From: Streptococcus sanguinis
Lineage (GTDB): Bacteria > Bacillota > Bacilli > Lactobacillales > Streptococcaceae
Assembly: GCA_015264985.1 (NCBI GenBank)
Contig: JABZYU010000001.1
Coordinates: 1 to 56,881 of the forward strand
DNA: 56,881 nt
Direction of reading: 5' to 3'
The translations under genes and the position numbers were made by a program. Shown here piece after piece: positions 9,879 through 19,820 of the stretch. Positions within the stretch are counted from its first letter, which is position 1, and every line of letters begins with the position of its first letter. The notes under the pieces were generated by a model. The model saw only the letters and a list, made by a program, of their open reading frames with translations. It ran no database searches and was not told where the DNA came from.

Positions 9879-10676
9879 ATGCCACAACAACTTTTTAAAG
9901 AATTTGCCCAGCTAGATCAAGTGGAAGCTATCGTTCTCGGTGGCTCTCGTGCTGGACAGCATTTTGACAAAGACTCAGACTATGATGTTTATATCTACTT
10001 GACAGACTTCATTGCTCCCCTGACCCGACGCGATATCCTTAGTAAGTACTGCTCCTACATGGAAATCGGCAATCAGTTTTGGGAACTAGAGGATGACTGT
10101 GTGCTAAAGAGCAAGATTGAAATTGAGCTCATTTACCGTACACTGGATAGCTTTGATAAAGATCTGCAGACTGTAGTCCTAGACCACCAAGCCCAGAATG
10201 CCTATACCACCTGTATGTGGCACAATCTGCTCCACAGCAAAATCATCTACGACCGAAATGGTCGCTATGAAGCACTTCAGAACAAGTACAGACGACCTTA
10301 TCCAGCTGAACTGAAAAATAATATTATTAAGAAGCAGCTCCTCCTACTCGAACAAGCTATGCCAGCTTTCTCCAAACAAATAGAAAAAGCGCTCAAGCGT
10401 CAGGACTTGCTCAGTATCAATCACCGTAGCAGTGAATTTTTTGCTTCCTATTTTGACTTGCTCTTCGCCCTAAACGAACAGACTCACCCTGGAGAAAAGA
10501 GAATGCTGAAGTTTGCAAAAACCAACTGCCCGCTATTACCTCAGCATTTTGAAGAAAATATACAGACCTATTTTCAAAAACTCTACACTGAGCCAACTGA
10601 AGCCATAAAGCTTATCAATCAGCTAGTGACGACCATCAAAGAAATCATTCCTCAAGAAATTATTGGCGATTTTTAG
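9879..10676 (+). CDS. Pol-beta-fold nucleotidyltransferase with DUF4037-like C-terminal domain
   Basis: LGGSRA..DSDYDVY (GS/DxD) motif; extended -10 TGCTAAAAT at 9844-9852. Confidence 0.8.
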   Translation: MPQQLFKEFAQLDQVEAIVLGGSRAGQHFDKDSDYDVYIYLTDFIAPLTRRDILSKYCSYMEIGNQFWELEDDCVLKSKIEIELIYRTLDSFDKDLQTVVLDHQAQNAYTTCMWHNLLHSKIIYDRNGRYEALQNKYRRPYPAELKNNIIKKQLLLLEQAMPAFSKQIEKALKRQDLLSINHRSSEFFASYFDLLFALNEQTHPGEKRMLKFAKTNCPLLPQHFEENIQTYFQKLYTEPTEAIKLINQLVTTIKEIIPQEIIGDF

Positions 10677-10724
10677 TAATGTTGTCGGAAACTATCTATT
10701 CATTGCTACAGAAGCAAAAAAATT

Positions 10725-10754
10725 AGGAGTTTGAACACTAGTGTTCAAACTCCT
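10725..10754. terminator. Bidirectional terminator (perfect 30-bp palindrome)
   Basis: AGGAGTTTGAACACTAGTGTTCAAACTCCT flanked by A and T runs between convergent genes. Confidence 0.8.
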
Positions 10755-10768
10755 TTTCATGCTTCTTA

Positions 10769-11212
10769 TCAGCGATTCTTCGTATCCAAGATAATGGTCA
10801 CTGGACCATCATTGATTAGCTCTACCCGCATGTCTGCTCCAAAAATCCCCGTCTGAGTCGGCACTTCCTGCTGCAAGGCAAAATTGAAGGCATCATAAAA
10901 ATTGCTAGCCATCTCTGGCGGAGCAGCCTTGACAAAGGCTGGCCGATTACCCTTTTTGGTATCTGCATGCAGGGTGAACTGGGAAATTGACAAAATCTCT
11001 CCAGCAATGTCCTTGATAGATAGGTTCATCTTGCCCTCAGCATCAGAAAAAATCCGCATATTGACAATCTTCCTGACTGCATAATCCATATCCTCTTGAC
11101 TATCGTCAGGCCCTACGCCTACTAGGAGCAGGAGACCTTGTCCAATACTGTTGTGCAGCTGCTGGTCAATGCTGACCTGAGCACGTTTCACGCGCTGAAT
11201 CACTATTTTCAT
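10769..11212 (-). CDS. dtd: D-aminoacyl-tRNA deacylase
   Basis: SQFTL, KGNRP, NDGPVT motifs; follows rel. Confidence 0.96.
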   Translation of the reverse strand: MKIVIQRVKRAQVSIDQQLHNSIGQGLLLLVGVGPDDSQEDMDYAVRKIVNMRIFSDAEGKMNLSIKDIAGEILSISQFTLHADTKKGNRPAFVKAAPPEMASNFYDAFNFALQQEVPTQTGIFGADMRVELINDGPVTIILDTKNR

Positions 11213-11280
11213 ATCTTTTCCTTTGATTTAAGCAAATCACCAAGGGTAACTTACAGCTAGATAATGATTTCCGAAATGGA

Positions 11281-13500
11281 TCAACCATTGGTCCGCTTGA
11301 CCGAGTAGACCTCCGGCACGCTCTTTATCTTATCTACCACCGTCGTCAGCATGGACAGATTAGCAATACCAAAAGAAACGTGGATATTGGCAAATTTCAT
11401 ATCCTTGGTCGGCTGAGCATTAACTGTTGAAATGTTTTTGGTGGTATTAGACAGAACCTGCAACACATCGTTGAGGAGACCAGAGCGGTTGAGACCGTAA
11501 ATATCAATGTGTGCCGTGTACTCTTTGGTCGTATTGTTGTCTTCCCATTCCACATCAATCAGCCGCTGCTCGTAATTTTCCTGGGCCTTGAGATTCATGC
11601 AGTCCTGCCGGTGAATGGCTACACCGCGTCCTTTGGTAATATAGCCGACAATATCATCACCTGGTACAGGATTACAGCATTTGGCAATCCGGATGAGGAG
11701 ACCAGACGCCCCCTGAATAACCACACCGCCTTCGTGCTTAACCTTGAGGGTGTCTTTTTTGTTTTCGACCTTGACTTCGCCGCCCTTGACCAATTCCTCC
11801 GCTTCTGCTCTGGCCTTGGCCCGCTCTTCCTCACGGCGCTCTTTTTCTGTCAGACGATTGAAAATACTAATGGCACCAATCTCACCGAAGCCAATCGCCG
11901 CAAAAAGCGCCTCTTCAGTCTTATAACTGGTCTTCTGCAGCACTTCTTCCATGTGCTTCTTGTCCATGTACTTATTGGCTACATAGCCATGCTCCTGGAA
12001 TTGAGCCTGCAAGAGCTCCCGCCCTTTGGAGATAGACAGCTCCTTGTCTTGATTTTTAAAGAACTGGCGGATTTTATTTCTGGCCTTGCTGGTCTTGACA
12101 ATATTGAGCCAGTCGCGGCTCGGTCCGAAGGAGTTAGCGTTGGTGATGATTTCCACCTGATCACCTGTCCTGAGCTTGGTTGTCAGGGGCACCATGCGGC
12201 CATTGACCTTGGCTCCTGTGGCTTTCTCACCGACCTTGGTATGGATCTCATAGGCAAAGTCAATGGGACCCGAGTCCTTAGGCAGAGATCGCACTGCTCC
12301 GTCCGGTGTGAAGACGTAAATTTCCTCAGCTAGATAGCTCTCCTTGACCGAATCAACGAAGTCCTTGGCATCATTAGACTGATCCTGCAGTTCCATCAGC
12401 TCCTTGATCCAGTTCATCCCGATAGCTGATTCTCTGCTGTCTACCTGGCCCTTGACGCCTTTCTTATAAGCCCAGTGGGCCGCAACCCCATACTCAGCGA
12501 CCTCATGCATTTCCTTGGTCCGAATCTGAAACTCAATCGGACCTTTGGGGCCATAAACGGTCGTATGGATGGACTGGTAACCATTGGCCTTGCGATTGGC
12601 AATGTAATCCTTGAACCGCCCCGGCATCGGCCGCCAAAGCTCATGAATGTAGCCCAGCATGGCATAAACATCACTTTGAGTATCCAAGATACAGCGAATA
12701 GCAATCAGATCATAAATCTCATCAAAACGCTTCTTCTTGTCCTGCATCTTGCGATAGATCGAGTAGATATGCTTGGGCCGGCCATAAATCTTACCGTGCA
12801 GATTGCGCTCGCCAGCATAGGTCTCAATCTTCTGAACCACCTCTTCTACCAGTTCTTCACGCTCCCGACGCTTCTCCTTCATCATGTGGGAAATTTTGTA
12901 AAATTCCACTTCATTGAGATAACGGAAAGACAAATCTTCCAGCTCCCACTTGACACTGGAAATCCCCAGGCGATGAGCCAAGGGGGCGTAGATTTCCATT
13001 GTTTCTCGGGAAATCCGCTCCTGCTTATCCTTGCGTAGATGCTTGAGCGTCCGCATATTGTGGAGACGGTCTGCCAGTTTGACCAAAATAACCCGAATAT
13101 CCTCCGACATGGCCATCAGCATCTTGCGATGGTTTTCCGCCAACTGCTCCTCATGGGATTTGTACTTGACCTTACCCAGCTTGGTAACCCCATCCACAAT
13201 CACGCGCACATCCGTCCCAAACTCTCTTTCCAAATCATCCAGCGTCGCACGGGTATCCTCAACCACATCATGCAGGAAGCCGCAGGCGACCGTTACTGCG
13301 TCCAGCTTGAGCTTGGCCAAAATCCCTGCCACCTGAATAGGATGCACAATATAAGGCTCACCTGACCTACGGAACTGCCCACTGTGACAGTCAATCGCAT
13401 AGATCAGAGCTTTCTGTATAAAGGCCACATCCTCCGTAGCCAGATATTTTCTCGTAAGGGCCAATACCTGATCGCCCGTCAAATTCACTTCTTTTGGCAT
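11281..13500 (-). CDS. relA: Bifunctional (p)ppGpp synthetase/hydrolase
   Basis: LHDVVED hydrolase, GRPKHIYSIY and YQSIHT synthetase motifs, TGS and ACT domains. Confidence 0.97.
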   Translation of the reverse strand: MPKEVNLTGDQVLALTRKYLATEDVAFIQKALIYAIDCHSGQFRRSGEPYIVHPIQVAGILAKLKLDAVTVACGFLHDVVEDTRATLDDLEREFGTDVRVIVDGVTKLGKVKYKSHEEQLAENHRKMLMAMSEDIRVILVKLADRLHNMRTLKHLRKDKQERISRETMEIYAPLAHRLGISSVKWELEDLSFRYLNEVEFYKISHMMKEKRREREELVEEVVQKIETYAGERNLHGKIYGRPKHIYSIYRKMQDKKKRFDEIYDLIAIRCILDTQSDVYAMLGYIHELWRPMPGRFKDYIANRKANGYQSIHTTVYGPKGPIEFQIRTKEMHEVAEYGVAAHWAYKKGVKGQVDSRESAIGMNWIKELMELQDQSNDAKDFVDSVKESYLAEEIYVFTPDGAVRSLPKDSGPIDFAYEIHTKVGEKATGAKVNGRMVPLTTKLRTGDQVEIITNANSFGPSRDWLNIVKTSKARNKIRQFFKNQDKELSISKGRELLQAQFQEHGYVANKYMDKKHMEEVLQKTSYKTEEALFAAIGFGEIGAISIFNRLTEKERREEERAKARAEAEELVKGGEVKVENKKDTLKVKHEGGVVIQGASGLLIRIAKCCNPVPGDDIVGYITKGRGVAIHRQDCMNLKAQENYEQRLIDVEWEDNNTTKEYTAHIDIYGLNRSGLLNDVLQVLSNTTKNISTVNAQPTKDMKFANIHVSFGIANLSMLTTVVDKIKSVPEVYSVKRTNG

Positions 13501-13573
13501 CTCGTCTCTCCAATTCCTGCCTACTATTTTATCACTTTTAGCCCAATATGAAAACCTAGAAGACGGTTCATAT

Positions 13574-13600
13574 AAAAACCCGCCTTAAACGGGCGGGCTG
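13574..13600 (-). terminator. Terminator between the small peptide gene and rel
   Basis: CCCGCC-CGTTTAA-GGCGGG-TTTTT on the minus strand. Confidence 0.75.
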
Positions 13601-13719
13601 TGGTGAAGAAAGTGAAGAACTTCTTCCTTGATAAATTGACAATAAGCGTAGACAAGGTAGCAAGTAGATGCCACACCTAAAAGGGCGACAAATAACTCAA
13701 ATAAGGCAGACATAGTCAT
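13585..13719 (-). CDS. 44-aa single-helix membrane peptide (type I toxin-like), not in ORF track
   Basis: MTMSALFELFVALLGVASTCYLVYAYCQFIKEEVLHFLHHSPPV*; AAGGAGAGGAGG RBS; extended -10 TGGTATAAT at 13834-13842; own terminator. Confidence 0.7.
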   Translation of the reverse strand: MTMSALFELFVALLGVASTCYLVYAYCQFIKEEVLHFLHHSPPV

Positions 13720-13964
13720 GGCGAACCTCCTCTCCTTATCAGGCAAAAAATGCAGATACGCTTCCCAGCTTAGGCAGCCTGATTTTTTTCCGTTTTATTT
13801 TCCTTTCCGACTTACCCAAGTGAGCTCACCACTATTATACCAAAATACGAAAACGGATACAATAGTGGTAAATCTTGGAGCATTCTGTTTTAGTTTATAT
13901 TCTCATATTTGCAACTTATGAAGCTTCCAGTCAATTTTATTAAGTTTTAATTTATGATCTTCTC

Positions 13965-13993
13965 TTGATGATAGCGCTTTAATATAGTATAAT
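13965..13993 (+). promoter_or_regulatory. Promoter with cre-like CcpA site in the spacer
   Basis: TTGATG-N17-TATAAT; TGATAGCGCTTTAA at 13969-13982 resembles cre. Confidence 0.6.
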
Positions 13994-14028
13994 ATAAGTC
14001 TGAAATTCATTTTAACAAAGGAGATATT

Positions 14029-16437
14029 ATGTCTAAATCATCCCTTCAAAAAACGGTTGTGCTTTTGAGTGCAGCGGCTCTTGCGGCAGCTGTAAATGCT
14101 GTTCAAGCTGATGAGAATACTGCACCAGTCACTGCTAATCCTGCTCCAGTAGAAAGCAGCGCAGCGGAAGCAAAACCAACGACTGCTGCAAGTCCTACTG
14201 AAGCTACTGCGACACCAGAGAGCACAGAGCCTAACTCTGCTATTTCTCCAGAAAATGCCAGTGGGAACGCTGATGCTCTGATGGCTATGGCTCGCAATGT
14301 AGCGGCTACTGAGGATACGAAACCCGTGGAGGGACAGACTGTCGATCTTCGTATCTTGGCAACGACCGACCTCCATACCAACTTAGTCAACTACGACTAC
14401 TATCAGGACAAGCCGGTGGAGACCTTGGGACTGGCTAAAACAGCCGTGCTGATTGAGAAGGCCAAGAAAGAAAATCCTAACGTCCTCTTGGTTGACAATG
14501 GCGATACCATCCAAGGAACGCCGCTGGGAACCTATAAGGCCATTGTGGATCCTGTGGAGAAGGGCGAACAGCACCCTATGTACGCTGCCTTACAAGCTCT
14601 GGGCTTCGAAGCTGGTACGCTAGGGAACCATGAGTTTAACTATGGTCTGGACTATCTGAACCGCGTGATTGAGACAGCCGGCTTGCCTATTGTCAATGCC
14701 AATGTGCTGGATCCAGCGACTGGTAAATTCATCTATCAGCCTTACAAAATCATCGAAAAGACCTTTACGGATACTCAGGGACGCTTGACGACCGTCAAGA
14801 TTGGTGTGACTGGGATTGTACCGCCGCAGATTCTCAACTGGGATAAGGCAAACCTAGAAGGAAAAGTGGTCGTTCGCGATTCTGTTGAGGCCATTCGAGA
14901 CATCATTCCTGAGATGCGCAAGGCTGGTGCAGACATCACTTTGGTGCTTTCTCACTCTGGTATCGGAGATGACAAGTATGAAAAAGGCGAGGAAAATGAA
15001 GGTTATCAAATCGCTAGCCTGCCAGGTGTGGATGCTGTCGTAACGGGCCACTCCCACGCAGAATTTCCAAGTGGAAACGGAACTGGCTTCTACGAAAAAT
15101 ACCCTGGCGTAGACGGTGTCAACGGGAAAATCAACGGTACTCCAGTAACCATGGCTGGAAAATACGGCGACCATCTGGGCGTCATTGACCTCAAGCTGAA
15201 CTATACCGACGGCAAATGGAAAGTCACTGACAGCAAGGGCTCTATCCGCAAGGTAGATACCAAGTCTAATGTAGCAGATCAGCGCGTCATTGACATTGCC
15301 AAAGAATCCCACCAAGGAACTATCAACTATGTCCGCCAGCAAGTCGGCACTACGACTGCACCGATTACAAGCTACTTCTCTCTGGTCAAAGACGATCCAT
15401 CCGTGCAAATCGTCAATAATGCTCAGCTTTGGTATGCTAAGCAAGAGCTGGCTGGCACGCCTGAAGCCAATCTTCCTATCCTATCTGCAGCAGCTCCTTT
15501 CAAGGCAGGAACTCGTGGGGATGCTACTGCCTACACGGACATTCCAGCTGGCCCTATTGCCATCAAGAACGTAGCGGATCTCTATCTATACGATAATGTC
15601 ACTGCTATCCTCAAGGTCAACGGTGCCCAGCTCAAAGAATGGTTGGAAATGTCAGCTGGCCAGTTCAATACCATTGACCCAAATAATAGCCAACCGCAAA
15701 ATCTAGTCAATACTGACTACCGGACTTATAACTTTGATGTTATCGACGGTGTTACCTATGAGTTTGACATCACCCAGCCGAACAAATACGACCGCGAAGG
15801 CAAACTGGCCAATCCAAATGCCAGTCGGGTCCGCAACCTAAAATACCAAGGCAAGGAGATTGACCCAAATCAGGAATTTATCGTCGTGACCAACAACTAC
15901 CGGTCTAACGGTAACTTCCCTGGTGTTCGAGAAGCCAGCCTCAATCGTCTGCTTAATCTGGAAAACCGCCAAGCTATCATTAACTATATCTTGGCTGTCA
16001 AAAATATCAATCCAAGTGCAGATCAAAACTGGCATTTCGCTGATACCATCAAGGGACTAGACCTGCGCTTCCTGACAGCTGATAAGGCCAAGAACTTGAT
16101 TGGTACTGACGGAGACATCGTCTATCTAGCGGCATCTGCCCAAGAAGGATTCGGCGAATACAAATTCGTCTACGTCGCACCGAAAACTGAACCGGTTCCT
16201 ATTGAGCAACCAAGCTCTCCGACTATCGCAGTTGAAGCAGCCAATCTGCAGCATAGCAGAGTAGACTTCCCTGTCTTGACTGCTGTTGACTCTAGCACAA
16301 ACAAGCAAGCATCCCACAGACAGGCAGGAACAGAAAGCCTCCCAGCAACCGGAGAAAAGACGTCATCGCTCGGACTCTTGGGACTTGTTGTGACTGGACT
16401 TGTAAGAATCTTCGCCTTTAAAAAACGGGAAAGATAA
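14029..16437 (+). CDS. cpdB: Cell-wall-anchored 2',3'-cyclic-nucleotide 2'-phosphodiesterase/3'-nucleotidase
   Basis: TTDLH, DNGD, GNHEFN, GHSH metallophosphoesterase motifs; 5'-nucleotidase C-domain; LPATG anchor. Confidence 0.92.
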   Translation: MSKSSLQKTVVLLSAAALAAAVNAVQADENTAPVTANPAPVESSAAEAKPTTAASPTEATATPESTEPNSAISPENASGNADALMAMARNVAATEDTKPVEGQTVDLRILATTDLHTNLVNYDYYQDKPVETLGLAKTAVLIEKAKKENPNVLLVDNGDTIQGTPLGTYKAIVDPVEKGEQHPMYAALQALGFEAGTLGNHEFNYGLDYLNRVIETAGLPIVNANVLDPATGKFIYQPYKIIEKTFTDTQGRLTTVKIGVTGIVPPQILNWDKANLEGKVVVRDSVEAIRDIIPEMRKAGADITLVLSHSGIGDDKYEKGEENEGYQIASLPGVDAVVTGHSHAEFPSGNGTGFYEKYPGVDGVNGKINGTPVTMAGKYGDHLGVIDLKLNYTDGKWKVTDSKGSIRKVDTKSNVADQRVIDIAKESHQGTINYVRQQVGTTTAPITSYFSLVKDDPSVQIVNNAQLWYAKQELAGTPEANLPILSAAAPFKAGTRGDATAYTDIPAGPIAIKNVADLYLYDNVTAILKVNGAQLKEWLEMSAGQFNTIDPNNSQPQNLVNTDYRTYNFDVIDGVTYEFDITQPNKYDREGKLANPNASRVRNLKYQGKEIDPNQEFIVVTNNYRSNGNFPGVREASLNRLLNLENRQAIINYILAVKNINPSADQNWHFADTIKGLDLRFLTADKAKNLIGTDGDIVYLAASAQEGFGEYKFVYVAPKTEPVPIEQPSSPTIAVEAANLQHSRVDFPVLTAVDSSTNKQASHRQAGTESLPATGEKTSSLGLLGLVVTGLVRIFAFKKRER

Positions 16438-16447
16438 TAATAATTAA

Positions 16448-16478
16448 AAAATCAGCAGCTATTTTGGCTGCTGATTTT
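16448..16478. terminator. Bidirectional terminator
   Basis: AAAATCAGCAGC...GCTGCTGATTTT between convergent genes. Confidence 0.8.
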
Positions 16479-16483
16479 GCTTT

Positions 16484-17236
16484 TTAAAGACTGTCCTTGC
16501 TCAATTCTAACAAAACACTGACTGCCGTCAAGGCATAAAGTGGAGCTGTTTCAGCTCGCAGGATACGTGGACCTAGACCAGCGGAGACAGCCCCTGCTTG
16601 GCCAAAGGCTACTATTTCCTCTGGCGATAGACCGCCCTCCGGTCCGAAGATAAAGAGCAGTTTTGCGCCGGCTGCCAAGCCTGACAGCGCCCGGACTAGA
16701 GCTGCAGATTCTCCTTCTTTGGCTGCTTCTTCATAGGCTACGATGATGCGGTCAAAGTCTGCCAAGGCCGCCAGGAAGTCTGCTTTTTTATTAAAGAGCC
16801 GAACCTCTGGAATCAGATTGCGCTTGCTTTGCTCCGCTGCTCCCTGAGCAATTTTCTCCAGCTTTTCACTCTTTTTAGCCAGCTTTTTACCATCCCACTT
16901 GGCCACCGACCAGTCCGCTGGAAAGCCCCAGATAGCACTGGCTCCTAGCTCCGTTGCCTTTTGAGTGATAAATTCCAACTTATCACCCTTGGGAAAGCCT
17001 GAAGCAATGGTCACTTGAACCGGCAGCTCGGTATTGTCTGCTAACTCCTCCACGATTTCCAAGCTCTGCTGGTTGGGATCCAATACCCGAGCCAGCCTTT
17101 TTACACCGTCATCAAAAACCAGTGTGACTTGCTCACCCTCCTTGAGCCGCATGACCGAAAACATGTGTTTGGCAGTGTCCTTGTCCGTGACCACTAAAGG
17201 AGACCGAGGAGTTCCTTTTATAAAATACTGCTGCAT
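16484..17236 (-). CDS. rsmE: 16S rRNA m3U1498 methyltransferase
   Basis: KATELG, AAEQSKR, FGPEGG, LGPRILRAETA motifs. Confidence 0.95.
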   Translation of the reverse strand: MQQYFIKGTPRSPLVVTDKDTAKHMFSVMRLKEGEQVTLVFDDGVKRLARVLDPNQQSLEIVEELADNTELPVQVTIASGFPKGDKLEFITQKATELGASAIWGFPADWSVAKWDGKKLAKKSEKLEKIAQGAAEQSKRNLIPEVRLFNKKADFLAALADFDRIIVAYEEAAKEGESAALVRALSGLAAGAKLLFIFGPEGGLSPEEIVAFGQAGAVSAGLGPRILRAETAPLYALTAVSVLLELSKDSL

Positions 17237-18190
17237 CTAACCACCTACCACGCCTGAAATGTCCTGCGTTTTCTTAAAGACACAGGCATTCCATTCGCCC
17301 TGAATCATATGCGTTTCCAGGAAAAATCCTGCCGCTTCCGCTGACTCGCGCACCATTTCCCACTTCTCAGAAATGATCCCACTCATAATTAGATAGCCCT
17401 CATCCTTGACCAGACGATAAGCATCCTCAGTCAGATGGATGAGAATATCCGCCAAGATATTGGCAACAATGACATCCGCCTTGATTTCTACACCTCGAAG
17501 AAGATCCCCCGGCGCCACATGGATGTTCTCCATACCTGGGTTGAGCTCAATATTTTCCTGGGCCACGCGCACCGCCACCTCGTCTAAATCATAGGCGTAG
17601 ATGTCCTTGGCCCCCAAGAGTGAGCTGGCAATGGAGAGGACGCCACTGCCTGTACCCACATCCAGCACCGTTTCTCCGCCTCGCAAGACCTGCTCCAGCG
17701 CAAAGAGGCTCATCTTGGTCGTCGGGTGAGTCCCCGTACCAAAGGCCATACCAGGATCCAGTTTGATAATCTTTTCTCCCGCAGTCGCCTCATACTCCGT
17801 CCAGGACGGTACAATGGTCAAGTCGTGGGTGATCCGAGCCGGCGCAAAGTATTTCTTCCAATTGTCAGCCCAGTCTTCCTCAGCCAGTTCCTGCCGAGTC
17901 AGCTGAATATCTCCCGTCTCCAAGCCGAAGCCATCCAGCTCAGCCAAGCGCTCATTGGCCTGGGCCGCAACAGCCTCTATATCCACCGAATCCGGGTAGT
18001 AGCCGGTAATCTTGACCCGCTCGCTCTGCTCCACTTCTGGAAAAAGCTCACCATACTGGTCAACCTGCCACAGATAATCTGCGCTGTCATCGATAGCCAC
18101 ACCCTGACTGCCCAGCTCAATCAGAATATTCGAGGCTGCTTCCTCCGCCTCACGCTTCACTTCAATCGTTAATTCCTGCCAAGTGTCCAT
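17237..18190 (-). CDS. prmA: Ribosomal protein L11 methyltransferase
   Basis: [14 protein letters not shown] and LDVGTGSG motifs; start 18190 or 18193. Confidence 0.95.
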   Translation of the reverse strand: MDTWQELTIEVKREAEEAASNILIELGSQGVAIDDSADYLWQVDQYGELFPEVEQSERVKITGYYPDSVDIEAVAAQANERLAELDGFGLETGDIQLTRQELAEEDWADNWKKYFAPARITHDLTIVPSWTEYEATAGEKIIKLDPGMAFGTGTHPTTKMSLFALEQVLRGGETVLDVGTGSGVLSIASSLLGAKDIYAYDLDEVAVRVAQENIELNPGMENIHVAPGDLLRGVEIKADVIVANILADILIHLTEDAYRLVKDEGYLIMSGIISEKWEMVRESAEAAGFFLETHMIQGEWNACVFKKTQDISGVVGG

Positions 18191-18194
18191 CATT

Positions 18195-18320
18195 AAAATA
18201 CCAAGCCCATAAAACACAAAGCCAAAATAGGAAATTCTATGACGACGTTTGCGTCTACGAGAACCTTATCTTTTTGGAACAGTGTTTAGGGCGGGTTCAG
18301 TTTAGAAATTTAACTGAACA
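18195..18320 (-). repeat. Putative streptococcal intergenic (MITE-like) element
   Basis: GTTCAGTT/AACTGAAC hairpin (18295-18319) then AACTGAACCCGCCCTAAA...AAAAAGATAA...CCTATTTT...GGTAT, resembling dispersed streptococcal repeats from memory. Confidence 0.4.
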
Positions 18321-18333
18321 ATCCTTTCTTTGT

Positions 18334-18804
18334 TTATTTCATTGTCTTCGTCATGTAAACCATATCCATGCCCTCTTTTTCGGGCTCAGTATGGGTCTGG
18401 CGGTAGCCATTTTTCTCATAAAAAGCTACCATGCCTTTGTCCTGGAAAACCGTGCACAAATCCCATTTCATAACGGTGGAAAATTTCTCCTCAATCAGAC
18501 CAAGCCCCTCAGAACCATATCCTTTGTTCTGGTACTCTGGCAAAATCGCCATTGTCCCAATCCAGCCTGCTGTCTGCTCGTCATTCGTATTCAAGCGGAT
18601 AAAGCCCAGAATCTTCTCGCCGTCTTTGACAAAATAATAAAAACTATTGGGCCGCTCAACCAGCTTCCAGCGAATCCGCTCACGCTCCTCCAGATAGGGG
18701 TCGTATTGATCCTGATATTTCTCATAAACGGCCTTAAAACTCGCTCGCTGAATGGCAATAATGGTTTCTAAATCCTCAGCTCCTGCCCGTTCAATATAAA
18801 TCAT
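18334..18804 (-). CDS. GNAT family N-acetyltransferase
   Basis: ILPEYQNKGYG and FYEKNGY motifs. Confidence 0.9.
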   Translation of the reverse strand: MIYIERAGAEDLETIIAIQRASFKAVYEKYQDQYDPYLEERERIRWKLVERPNSFYYFVKDGEKILGFIRLNTNDEQTAGWIGTMAILPEYQNKGYGSEGLGLIEEKFSTVMKWDLCTVFQDKGMVAFYEKNGYRQTHTEPEKEGMDMVYMTKTMK

Positions 18805-19253
18805 GCTCGCACCTCCAAATAATCGCTCAACCTGTCCTGCAGCTGCGGAACAACCTTTTTATCTGCTAAAAACTGGCGAATATCCATCATCTGATAAGCC
18901 TGCCCCTCAGAGCCAAAGACGATGCTGGCACATTCTTCCTGAGTGATGGCTCCCACCATAAAAATAGAGGTTTTGTTAGGATCAAGCATTCCTTGATATT
19001 CCTTAGCCCAGAAAATATTCGTTTCTTCAAGCTTCAAACTAAGCTCTTCAAAAACTTCTCTTTGGACACATTCAAAAGGCGTCTCCTCTCCCTCGCGGCC
19101 ACCGCCCGGCAACTCCCACATATTGGGCCAAGGAATGGTTGAAATATCGTCTCGCAAGATAGTCAGCAGCTTGTCATCACAAATCAAGGCGATCTTGCAG
19201 CCAGAAAATTCCAGCTGTTTGTGCAGCAAATCTAGTCCTTCTGCATTTTCCAT
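18801..19253 (-). CDS. Nudix hydrolase
   Basis: Nudix box GGGREGEETPFECVQREVFEEL. Confidence 0.9.
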   Translation of the reverse strand: MENAEGLDLLHKQLEFSGCKIALICDDKLLTILRDDISTIPWPNMWELPGGGREGEETPFECVQREVFEELSLKLEETNIFWAKEYQGMLDPNKTSIFMVGAITQEECASIVFGSEGQAYQMMDIRQFLADKKVVPQLQDRLSDYLEVRA

Positions 19254-19262
19254 AAGCGCCTC

Positions 19263-19733
19263 CTAGTACCTCGGATAAGGATAAAAGTCTGTCTCAGTCA
19301 AGTCCGCTCTGCCATTTTCAAAAGCCTCAGCGTTCCAAGCCATCTCAAACTCTGCCGCCTCTGGATCTGCTAAGAAGTCCATGAGTGTATCAAGACCAGA
19401 CTCAGCTGTTTGGGTTAGAAAATCTACGAAATAAGCCAGGAACTCCCGTGACAGCCCCTTCTTTGGCTCATAGGGCAGGGTAGCCAGATAGTCCTCGGCC
19501 TCAAAACGAGACTTGACCGGATTGTAGAAAAGCACAGCTTCCTCAAAGTAAATATCCTCAGCCGAGGCATTGCCCTCAGCATCAACTGTCTCAACCCCTC
19601 CTGGATTTTGCACCTCAAGGAGAAAGGCTACTTCCACTGCGTGATTCTTCTTGTCCCAGTTTATCTCATAGTCAAAAGGAAAGCTCTTTCCCATTTCCTC
19701 GTCCAATATCTCCAAAAAACCGTACTTAGCCAT
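19263..19733 (-). CDS. DUF3013 family protein
   Basis: Acidic streptococcal protein with NWDKKNHAVE and C-terminal YPYPRY; conserved position divergent from rarA. Confidence 0.75.
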   Translation of the reverse strand: MAKYGFLEILDEEMGKSFPFDYEINWDKKNHAVEVAFLLEVQNPGGVETVDAEGNASAEDIYFEEAVLFYNPVKSRFEAEDYLATLPYEPKKGLSREFLAYFVDFLTQTAESGLDTLMDFLADPEAAEFEMAWNAEAFENGRADLTETDFYPYPRY

Positions 19734-19820
19734 GATTTCCTCTTTTCATTGTGATAAAATATTACTATCTACAATAGTAACACAAAAAGCCAAGAAAAAC
19801 ACTTGCAGAAAGGAAATCTT

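Noticed and set aside
10725..10754. Loop-less 30-bp palindrome as a recombination or operator site
   Set aside because: Position between convergent genes with A/T tails is fully explained by a bidirectional terminator
11509..13365. Long plus-strand ORFs opposite rel (and similar shadow ORFs opposite cpdB, groEL, prmA, folE and the surface proteins)
   Set aside because: Antisense shadows of real genes; no RBS or recognisable motifs
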